Source: Camelus dromedarius (Eukaryota). From it: DNA of 64,000 bases. Location of the stretch: contig NC_087439.1 of NCBI RefSeq assembly GCF_036321535.1, positions 93,310,001 through 93,374,000 of the forward strand. The letters run 5' to 3'. The position numbers and the translations under genes are program-made. Of the stretch, positions 36,741 to 47,211 are shown in pieces. Positions within the stretch are counted from its first letter, which is position 1. The number at the start of each line of letters is the position of its first letter. Under the pieces are notes generated by a model. That model made no database searches. It was given only the letters and a program-made list of their open reading frames with translations, and was not told the origin of the DNA.

Positions 36741-38769
36741 GACAGGTACATGCAAACAAGGTGAAGCAAAACAAAGAAAACCTGTTCGCCTTGTCTTAAA
36801 CACCCATGGCTACTTACCTCTGTCAGCGCTGAGGACATCTCTGCACACGTATTTCCTCGGGAGCCGCTTCTCGTGACTCACAAACCTCCTTGCATTAAGG
36901 GAGGAGGGGTGTTATGTTCTATCACAGTCTGCCTCTGGACGAGAGGACTGGTGCGCCAGAGGTTGCCTGTCCCCCACAGGTGAGCCCAGAGCTGAGACCC
37001 TTGACTCTCAAAAACACAAACCGATTTCATGAGCAACTGACAGCCAGCTGCCCATCAACAAGTCTGCATGACACTTGTATTGTTGCAATCCAAAGCTGCA
37101 GTGTCTAGTTAGTTCAATCCATATCTCTTCCGTATGAGTATTCCAGAAGATGCGTTCTGCTTGCACCCCTGTTACTTGATTTCTGCACAAGGTCTTAGAT
37201 AAATCCAAGAAAATGTGTCTTTGAACATTTCTTTAAATTCTCCCCCAAAGAAGAAACCGATTTACTGCACTTTTACTATGCTAAACAGTAACTCTCACCA
37301 GTGGTACAGAAACGCCAGCATAGAGTGCCAGTTTAGAAACTGCAGGCAGCATGGTAACGGGGTCATTTACAGAGCAGAAAGAGACTGGGCAGGCATGGGG
37401 GCTGGAGTGGAATTACTGACTCTAAAGAAAGCAAACAGGTGGAAAATTGAGACTTGGTGACAGGATGGAGAGCCTAACCTTTGTCACTACAGTTCCACAT
37501 AAGCCCTCTCCTTGCCAGGGTTCTAACAGTAAAAGATTCTTATTTTTCTCTCCTTGACCTGCATTGTTTCCACAAAAGCTTGTTACCTTTAAGTTCTCCT
37601 CCATTCAGCTCGATCTAGTTTAGAAGGAGAGACAACACTAGCTATCACTTGCTGCGTATGCAGGCAGCTCCACCTCTGTGTCTTCATTCATTCCTCAAAC
37701 CAGCCCTGCAAGTGAGGGATGAGAGGCCTCAGGTCATGGGGGCGGGTGACTCACTCCCAGACCTCGGGCAGTGGAGCCTGGCATCCACTACGTCCTGGCC
37801 AGAGGATACGCGGGTACCAAACGGGCTTGGCTGGGCTGCTCCAGTTTGGTGTTGTGAGGAGAGGCACCGGCAATCTTCCCTTCCCCTGGATGTCTTATCT
37901 GTGACGGAGCAAGTCTGGGAGGTTCTTCTGAGCTGAGAAGAAAGGCAGCCACAGCACTGAGTTGACAACAGGTTCACCTTGAGTTCACTTGCTTTCAATG
38001 AAGTAAATATTCTAGGCTAGGAATTATCGAGGACTGAAAAGAAAACCTGTTTTTCCCCCTAGAAGCTGATCGGAATTCAGGTGATGGGTTAGGCAGAATC
38101 AATGTCAAAGAAACAGTGTGATTCAGCAGTGACACGCGTAGCTGAGTATCAGTTCTGTTCATCTGTGAAATGGGAATGTTATCATAAACCTGGCTCTCAA
38201 GGGTGTGGCCAAATTGATGCCTTCAAGGCGCCTTAGTAACTTTGGAAGAAAGCAAGGCATCACTGGTCATTTCATTTCTGCATTCTTAGATTTCATTGTG
38301 TTCATTAAAGACTCACCAGAGCTGGGCATCAGGGATGTAATGAGTGCTTGAAATCCTCCGGAAGGAGAAACTCAGGGAGCCAGGAACACAGATAAGCAGT
38401 ACCGTTAATCTGGACCCTAATAATTATGTAGCCCGTCCTGGGAGCAGGCATCGAGGTGAGAGTGCAGTGAGTGTCTGTGGAGGCATCAGTATGAGCAGGA
38501 GCCAGGTTGGTCCACACTGATGACGGGGGACACCGAGCACTGCCAGGTCACCCCTCACGTCCTGGGGAAATGCACCAGGGCTCCACGTGGAGTCAGATGT
38601 GAGCCGCCAGGACCAGAACAGCCCCCAGGGCTCAGTGCTGAGCTGGGCAGCAGGGAATATGAAACCCTGATTAAACATTTAAATTGGAACTTAGGACACC
38701 GTGTCTACTGGAGTTTGTCCTAAAACACTCTTTGTTACTCAAAACAGAATTTCCTGTTATTTGTGTTTT

Positions 38770-39090
38770 AAAATGAACATGAACCAAGTCATGAAAAGAA
38801 GGAAATTCACCTTGACTTAGAAAATGGGCAGCGTGCCCGTCAGTCACGCGGGAAGAGGTGGCTCAAGATGGATCAAATGCATGATCAAAGGCACAGAGGG
38901 AAAAGATTTGAAGACATAATCAAGGACCAGAAAATACACAAACTTGGCTGGAGAAGAGGTCTGGGTGGGAGGAAACAAACAAATAAAAAACACTGGAAAG
39001 TAGGTTGCAACCAGATTGTGGAAGTCCTGGCATGTAGAGCTGAGGAGCTTGAATCCCTTCCTTAGAGCAATAAGACAGAGGATGCGACTT
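38770..39090 (-). mobile_element. L2 fragment
   Basis: aaggtaggttgcaaccagattgtggaagtcctggcatgtagagctgaggagcttgaatcccttccttagagcaat. Confidence 0.5.
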
Positions 39091-40089
39091 GCCTGTTCAG
39101 AAGCCATCTCCCCCTCTTCCTTAGCAGAATTTTACTGGGGTAGCATTACATCTCACCCAAACGCCACATTCCCAGCTTGCGTGTGACTGAGGTCTGCACA
39201 GTGAGCTGGAGGAGGAAGCGCTGGGTGGGATGTCTCAGAAGGCTAATGAAAGGATTGATGGAGCCATGAAATGGGCACCCTCCACCCTTCTGCCTCTCCA
39301 CTTTCTATTGTTTGCAGACAAATGTGACGCTTGCTGCCTTGCAGGAGACGACCATGAGAGTAGAAGTCATGTACCGGGAAGGTGGAACAGAAGGAAAGGG
39401 AGAGTGGCACGGGGAAGCCTCGTACAAGGTCTTAGCATAAAGCAGAACCAGTGTTTGTGGAACACATGATGGGAGAGGCTGCTGTAGGCGATGTGAAGTC
39501 GTGGACGTCTTTGGAGCAGAAGACAGGCGTGATTCAAGTCTGCGCAGGCGTTTGAGGGGACTTGGAAGCACAAAGAAGCATGAACGTCGGCAGCCAAGAG
39601 AGTAAGTCAGAATTAAAGTGGGTTGAGTCGGAAAGGAGAAATGTTTCCCAGGACAAAGTAGAAGATGAACAACTGTACTGATGGGATTTGCCATGTTGCT
39701 AAAGCATGAAGGCAGGAGGAGAACTTCATTGGCAAGAGGGTTTGGGCGAAGCAAAAATAACCGCACATGCAATGGGTTCAAATGTCAGTGGGAGACCCAG
39801 GGGACCTCTTCCGTAGATTGCTGGAGAGACAGAGCTGGGGTTGGGAAACTACGAGGTTTGGATTTGAGATCATCTGTTTAGAGATGACTTTTGAAGACAG
39901 AGTGCGGGTGGAAAGGAGAGAACATGGAGGACTCAGAAGGACACACTGACTCCGTTACAGCAGGACTGCTGCCGTGTTGAGCCGTTTTGTCTCTTGGGTC
40001 CAAACCCGCTCGTCTTTGTCCAGCCGTGTGATGCTGACCTGGACCCTGTAAACGGTTCTCCTCTTCTGGCTGCTGGGTTGTGAGGTGCA

Positions 40090-40420
40090 TCAGAGGGGGG
40101 CGCTGAGTGCCCCTGGGGGCCTCGGTAGCGGGAAGACCCTCCCCTTCTGGGTTCCCGTTTTCATTATTACTCAGCCTGGGAGCCCAGCAGCCCCAGCAGA
40201 GGAGTCGGTGCCAGCGTGGAGCTACCCCCCCCGGGGGGGGGCCACGCTCTCCCCACCAGCCTGCCCACTCCCCCCGCTGTCCCCGCGGGGCTCCTACGGC
40301 GCTGCGCTGGCCGGCGCCCTGCGGCAAGCTCCCTGCTGAGCGTCCCTGCGGCAGCCGCGCCCTCTCCTGGAGGCCTGCTGCCCGGCGGTGGCTGCGGGTG
40401 GGCCCTCCTGGTCTCCTGCT
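40090..40420. promoter_or_regulatory. Orphan CpG-rich patch
   Basis: High GC and CpG over ~330 bp; includes a C8G9 run at 40225-40241. Confidence 0.45.
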
Positions 40421-41754
40421 CCTTTACCGTCCATCTTCATCCAGGAAGGGGGCCGATTCTTTGTACCTGCTTCTTCCGAACCCCCGGGAGTCCTCTTTTA
40501 TGTCTGCTAGTCATTAACCTCCTTCTAGTAAAGAACAATTCACTATATTACACTTTCCCTATTCAGTTAAACAGTGTGGTTTCTGTCTCCAGGACTGGAT
40601 TCTTACTGATATCCATGTGGAAGAGAGATCAGCCTTTTTCTGACTATTTTCTGTAGCTACAATGACAAGTAGGGAGTCAGAAATAAAAGAATGAAGAACT
40701 TTCAAAGGTCAGAGCTACAAGGAAGAGACTGCATTGAATTACAATGATTCTTCTGCCACTGGCACCCACCATCCCCGACCCCCGCAGGAAGGCCACGGTG
40801 GGATTTAAGCATCAACTCAGGTAGGACTGGATGGAAGTGAAGATCACCCCTAACCAGGAGTCTGGATTTCACCATCTCCTTCTTGCCTCGTCTAATGATT
40901 GGTTCTCAGCACTACTGTCAGCGTCTCCAAGGCACGATTACAGGTTAGCTTTGCAAAGCCATGGATGCAGTGTGAAAAGGGGGCCAAGATCTGCTGTGGA
41001 GTACAGGTGTTTTCCTGGGCCTTTGCAAATGCATCAGTACTATGGCTCGAGTTACTTCTACTTCACGAACACCTGGATCTGGAATTTCTGAAAATGCTCT
41101 AATCATCAACAGCTTAAGATCTGGCAGAGCTACGGGGCCATCGCAGGAGATGGCTCTTCATTTGCAAAATTGCCATCAGTGTCTCCCACCCACTTTTGTG
41201 TGGTTCCAAGAATTTCATCCATGGAGTGTGGGCTGGAAGGACAAGCAGGATCTGAGGAAATTAGTCATGGCGGGGCGGGGGAGAGTCCCTTCAGCATCGA
41301 ATGGGTCTTGATCAGACCTTCCTGTGATGAAAAGGTAACATCAACTTACTCCTTTTGGCACACAGTGGCTTCACCACATGACGTCATCATTTTTCAAATT
41401 CCCCCGGTGGCTGCGCCGAAGGCTCCCCCTGTCGCTCGGCTTCCAGCTTCTGCTTCTTGATTTTCTGATAACGTGACCTTTAATTTTTACATAAGGTTAT
41501 TCAGAGAAGAATGGCCCCTTGCAGTCATCCGTCACCGTGAACACTGTCCTTTAGAAATCGGAACAGGTCCTTTTGTCCCATTAATTTTTCCTGGACTTTT
41601 ACTTTCATGTAATTTTTTTTCTTTCTTTCTCTTTGTTTGTATTCAGTGGTTCTGCCTTTGTTCTTTTATTTTTTATTTTGTTATGTGTTACTGTCAATGA
41701 TTACGTTGTATATCAGGCATTTTAGATACGCCACTGTTGTTTTCAGTGGGTCCC

Positions 41755-42091
41755 TGCTGTGGATTGAACTGTACCCACCCCCCCCAAATTCCTCACTGAT
41801 CCCCAGTGAGACTGCATTTGGAAATAGAGCCGTTTTAGGGAGGGGCCTTAATCTGCAAGGCCTGCAGTCCTTAGAGGAGGAGGAAGGGACATCAGAAATC
41901 CCTCTCTCTCCCTCGCCCCCCAGAGGAAAGGCCATGTGAGGACACAGCAAGAAGGCTGCCGTCTGCAAGCCAGGAGAGGTGGTCTCACCTTAATCCGGGA
42001 TTTCCAGCCTCCAGAATCGTGGAAAATAAATTTCCATTGTCGAAGCACCCGGTCTGTGAGAGTCTGTTGACGGCCCAAGCTGACTAACGCA
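41755..42091 (+). mobile_element. MaLR solo LTR (MLT1-like)
   Basis: tgctgtggattgaactgt...gccatgtgaggacacagcaagaaggctgccgtctgcaagccagga...ccagcctccagaatcgtggaaaataaatttcc...gctgactaacgca. Confidence 0.88.
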
Positions 42092-42309
42092 GCCTTTTAA
42101 AATACACACGAATGGATTTTGCTTTTCAGTCAGTTTAAGAATTTTTTTAAAGGGCTGTCAAATTCATTTACTTTCAATTTCTTTTGCACCTATGTTCTTT
42201 TTAATACTTTCTTTTTAAATATTTCCCTCATCGTTTGCCTTCCCAATGTGACCTAAGTCTCATTTCTTTTGTCTTTGCATCTCTGCACAGTGAATTTTAT
42301 GTGCCAGTT

Positions 42310-42900
42310 AAGACAATGGGGGTATAGCCTTTAAGCCATTGGAACAGAGGTGATAGTTGAAATTCTGGGAGTATTTGATGGCCTGAGAAAGAAAGCGTAT
42401 GCATAGAAAAAGGGAAAAAGCAAAAAGCAGAGGACTGAGCAATCCTTGGGGCATGTGTGCTTTAGACAGAGGAGTGGAGCTGTAACAGAGGCGCTGGGGA
42501 ACGCAGGTGACTCAAAACCACAGGTGCAAAGGGGAGAGAGCCTCCAGAAGGCAGGTCTGCCTACCAGGTCCAGGGCCTCAGGGAAGCCAAGCAAGATTCA
42601 ACTGAGAAAAGATCCCTGGGTTCTTGAGGAGTCACCTTTAGCTAAGAGGTGGAGGCAAAGGCCAAGGTTCAGTGAGTGCTGAGATAAACTTGACTTCTTA
42701 CAAGACCTTGAGCAGGAAATGAGGAGAGAACAAGGCTTACAGCTTCGGGGCAGCTGGTACCCGGCCCTGGAAGAGACCAGGACACGCGTGTTAATATTGG
42801 AGACAAGACTGATAAGGTCAAGTGGAAAAGGTATCCTTGGTGGAGCACAGTCTGCAAAGAGAAATGTTAATAGCTTTGGGGTACCGCTGAAGAATGAGCA
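42310..42900 (-). mobile_element. L2 fragment(s)
   Basis: Purine-rich antisense L2 pattern (gaggactgagcaatccttggggca...aagccaagcaagattcaactgaga). Confidence 0.5.
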
Positions 42901-44149
42901 CCCCCTCCCCTCATTCCTAACTTGAGGGTAGGCATTAAGCATGGAGCTCATAATAGGCCAGACTCCATGAATCTTCCCCTGCTGATGCCAAGGGCTTAGA
43001 GCAGGCAGCGCCAGAGCAGTCTTGGGGAAAATCAATTACCAGCCCAGGAGGGGGCGGGGGTCATCTGCAAGTCAATGGCTGCCATGTCTAAACCCACTGA
43101 TTCGGGGAGTGTCCTGGGAGTCTGAGGATGAGCAAATGCAGCATTTGGGGTGAGATGCTTCAGTTTCTACCTCATTTGTGTCTCACAATCACTCTGAGAT
43201 TTTTCACTGGACCCATTTTACAGACTAAGCTTGGAAGTTGCGTGCGCTGCCCAGGGAGGCAGAGCTGGCAGTCGATGGGAACAGCAGCCTGACCCCTTGG
43301 CCCCGGCCCAGTGTCCTTTTCACGATGGAACACTTCTTTTCAGCACTGATCTCCTCAACAACCAAGCCACGTAAAGGGGCTAGAACAAGAGCCTCGGCAC
43401 GACAGAGCATGAAGGGGACGTCACCACAGACACTGCGTCTCTCCTCTCGAGTGAGTGATTCTCCCACGTTCACCGCCTCTGCTCCTGGGGCGAGAGTTCT
43501 TGCCTGGCACACAAGTGAGGTGTATGATAACCTCTAGGTTAATCACGACGAGAATCATAAAGGAATGTGCAACAAAAATGCTCATAGAGGAAAATGAGGG
43601 AATAATAAAAATAGTTGATAAATCCCAAGAAAGCATAAAGGGAAAGACAGAACAGAGAACAATTTCCTCCTGTATACACTCTTCAGCAAAAATTATATCT
43701 CTACTGACTCTGTCCTCCTTTCTCTGTTGCAATAATTATGCTACCGATGACTTGATCACTACGAACACCGTCTGTCTTGTCACACTTTTTCTCATTTAAT
43801 CTTTATACAAACCTTGGAAGGCAGGTGCTATCATGCATGTTTTACTAATAACAAGACAAGTGAGTTCAAATACCTTGCCCGAGAAATAAAAGCCAGTAAG
43901 TGTCTTAAACCAGAACCTCACCCTCATCCGTCCCCACAGAGGCTCAGGGCAAGGGGACGGCGTGCAGGATGCCGATGCTCTGGTAGACAAAGCCCTTTGC
44001 AGCCGTTCTGACTTGTGATCCATTTTGCACCAGGCATTTCAGGGCAAAGGACACTTATTACGTGTATTAAAGGGGTACCATGCTAGATTCTAGAAATATC
44101 AAAACTACTTAATCTGGCTGGCCACTCTCACTGAAAGCAGAAAAATGAG

Positions 44150-44950
44150 TTTGTTTGTTTTTTTAAATTATAAAACTTTTTATTTTGAGATAATTGTAGC
44201 TTCATATGCACCTGTAAGAAATGATATAGAGAGACCCTGTGTCCTTTTGACCCAGTTTTCCCCCAATGGTACCATCTCGCAAAGCCATAATACGGTATCA
44301 CACGGTATACTGACATGGATACAGCCAGGGTACACATTTGCACCACCTCATGCTGCCCTTCCATAGCCACGCCCACGCCCCTCTTGCTCCCACTGCCGCC
44401 TCAGCCTCTGGCAACCACTAATCTGCTCTCCATTTCTGCTATTTTGTCATTTCAAGAATGTTATATAAACGGAATCATATGGTATGTAAGCTTCTGAGAT
44501 TGGCATTGTTTTACTCAGTATGATTCCCTAGAGAGTCCTCCAGGTTGCTACATGTACCTGTAGTTTCCTTTATTAGTAGCAGTATCATCGCTGTTTCGTG
44601 TCCTGTGGCACAGATGCACCGCAGTTTGTTCAGCCATTCACATACTACAGAATGTCCGGGTTTTGTCCAGTTTGGAGCTATTGCACCTCAAGCTGCTATG
44701 AACATATGTCTACAGATTTTTGTGTGTTTAATTTCATTTCTCTTGGCTAAATGCCCAAGAAAGCAACTGATCAGTTGTAGCTGCACGTCTAGCTTTATAC
44801 GGAACTGCTCAGCAGCTCTCTACGTCGGTCATACCACCTGACGCTGCCCCGCGATGTGTGAGCGGTCCAGTTCCTCCACATCCTCCTCTGCTCTTGGTGG
44901 TGTCACCAGTGTTGTCTCAGGTAATTCAAACGTGTCTGTCATTTTGATCG
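44150..44950 (-). mobile_element. Old L1 (L1MC-like) 3' end
   Basis: tttttattttgagataattgtagcttcatatgcacctgtaagaaatgatatagagagaccctgtg...ctggcaaccactaatctgctctccatttctg...ttcaagaatgttatataaacggaatcat. Confidence 0.85.
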
Positions 44951-44958
44951 TGACACCT

Positions 44959-45605
44959 ATTATTATCTTTTTTTTTAACTGAAGTACAGTCAGTTTACAA
45001 TGTTGTGTCATTTCTGATACCCAGCATGATGTTTCAGACATGCATATTCGTGTACATACTCATTCTCATATTGTTTTCCATTATAGGCTACTACAAGATA
45101 CTGAATATAGTTCCCTGGGCTCTACAGAAGAAATTTGTTGTTTATTTTGTACATAGTATTTAGTATCTGCAAATCCCAAACTCCCAATTTATCCCCTCCC
45201 CCGCCTCCTTTACCCTCTGGTAACCATTAGTTTGTTTTCTATTCTGAGTCTTTTTCTGTTTTGTACATAAGTTCATTTGTGTCTTTTTCTTTTTTTAAGA
45301 TTCCACATATAAGTGATATCATATGGTATTTTTCTTTCTCTTTCTGATTTACGTCACTTAGAATGAGGATCTCCAGGTCCATCCATGTTGCTGCAAATGG
45401 CATTATTTTATTCTTTCTTATGACTGAGTAGTATTCCGTTGTATAAATACACCACAGCTTCTTCATCCAGTCATCTGTCGATGGACATGTAGGCTGTCTC
45501 CATGTCTTGGCTGCTGTAAACAGTGCTGCTGTGAACATCGGGTGCAGGCGTCGTTTTGAATTAGAGTTCCCTCCAGATACGTGCCCAGGAGCGGGACTGC
45601 TGGAT
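44959..45605 (-). mobile_element. Younger 5'-truncated L1 (ORF2 C-terminus and 3' UTR)
   Basis: ORF 45239-45667(-) encodes L1 ORF2 C-terminus (MFTAALFTAAKTWRQPTCPSTDDWMKKLW...MPFAATWMDLE); poly-T at 44968-44976; candidate 8-bp TSD tgacacct at 44951-44958 and 45606-45613. Confidence 0.92.
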
Positions 45606-45613
45606 TGACACCT

Positions 45614-46300
45614 CGGATTTGATATTTGAAATCTTCCTGGTTCTTGATGTGGTGAGAGACTTTCCACTGATACCTGGACGTTTAGGGTAGTATGTTCTGA
45701 GACACTGGGTCTTTTTCAGACCTGCTCTAGCTGGTTTTCTTTGACACTGAACCAGTGGAGAAGCGGGGCTGCAGCCTTGCCTGAGTGGGGAGGGTCCTTA
45801 CTGCTGGGAAGGGGTGGGTGTTCTGGGACCCGCAGGCCTTCCCAGGCGCCCCCCTGGCTGGGACACAGTAATCACTTGTTACGGCCCCACTGACACCAAG
45901 GGGAGGGTGGCTCATCAATTCTGGGTGGTAGAGCAAGGCCTGACTCCCCACCAGGCCTGGTCTGACACCACGCCAGTGGTGGGGAGGTGGCCCTCGTTAC
46001 TGCCGCGTGGGGAGGGAAGTCCGTCTGAATCCGCCCTGATGATGGGCCGCTGGCGCGTCTCAGCACAGCCCGGCCGGGCGGCGGCCCGGGCTCCCCGCTC
46101 TGCCTTTGCCAGCGGGGTGGGCGGGGGCACAGGTTTCTCTTTGGTGTTTGGCTGGAGTAGGGCAGTTACTGTTCTAGGTTTTCTGTCTTGACAGGCCGCC
46201 CTCTCCTGGTCCCTGGGCCAGAGGAAACAGGCTCTGGTTGCGGTGTTGTTTGTTGGTACCTTTCCAAGTTACTGGCTCTTCGACCCCAAATCTGGGATGC
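45614..46300 (-). mobile_element. Old L1M-type (MC/MD-like) 5' region
   Basis: ggtgtttggctggagtagggcagttactgttctaggttttctgtcttgacaggccgccctctcctggtccctgggccagag matches recalled old-L1 antisense sequence. Confidence 0.55.
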
Positions 46301-46481
46301 ATGAGGCCAAAAGGGAACCCAGGAAATGAGTCCTGGTCTGCCTTCTCCCCACCCTTCAGGGGCTCCCTGTGGGTGCTCTGCACATAATGTCCAGGGCTTT
46401 TAGTTGTATTCGGCACCTACTCCAGCTTCCCAGAAGTGGAAGTTTGGCACTAACTAAGGCTTCAAGGGTTCTGCCCCCCAG

Positions 46482-47211
46482 TGTGTGGGCTGGGGGAGCG
46501 GTTTCTATGCCACCAGCAAGCAGTGCTCCCACACCAGCGTGGTACCCTCACTGCAACTCAGTTCTGACACCGTCTACCTGAAGATGGCGTCAGGCCCCAC
46601 CGGTTAAGGGCTCGGTCCTACAGGGACTGTCCTCCCCACCACTGCTTCAGATGCCAATCACAAATCTGGGTTGTAACCTATGCCCCTGACCAATAGTTAT
46701 AAATTGGGGGTTCCAACGACCCCCTCTGTGGGTTTGATTAATTTGCTCAGGAGGCTCACAGAACTCAGAGAAACGTTTTAACTAACTAGATGGCCATTTT
46801 ATTATAAAAGGAAGAGATGCACCGGGCAAGGGACGGGAAGGGTCACAGAGCTCTGGTACCCGCTCTCAGTGCACCACTCTCCCTGAATCTCCACGTGTTC
46901 ACCCAGCCAGAAGCTCTCCAAACCTTGTCCTTCTGGGATTTCATTGAGGCTTTATTACATAAGCACAATTGATTAAATCACTGACCACTGGTGATTGAAC
47001 TCAATCTGCAGCCTCTCTCCCCTCCCCAGAAATCAGGTTCCCCTGGTAACCAGTCCCCAACCCTAGGCAGTTTCCAAAAGTCACCTCATTAATGTAACAG
47101 AACACACCTTTATAGCTCTCATCACTTAGAAAATTACACAGGGTTTAGGATCTCTGTGCCAGGAACAGTGACAAAGACCAAATACGTATTTGTTATTATC
47201 CCAGTATCACA
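46482..47211 (-). mobile_element. ERV solo LTR, MER21-like
   Basis: tgtgtggg...caactcagttctgacaccgtctacctgaagatggcgtcag...ttgattaatttgctcaggaggctcacagaactcagagaaac...gacaaagaccaaatacgtattt...gtatcaca; TG...CA termini. Confidence 0.88.

Noticed and set aside
43455-43799. 114-aa ORF in fairly AT-rich unique DNA
   Set aside because: No recognisable domain, starts at a non-ATG codon in the ORF track, and has no convincing splice or Kozak context
45239-45667. 142-aa ORF with clear protein homology
   Set aside because: It is the C-terminus of L1 ORF2 in a 5'-truncated copy, not a host gene
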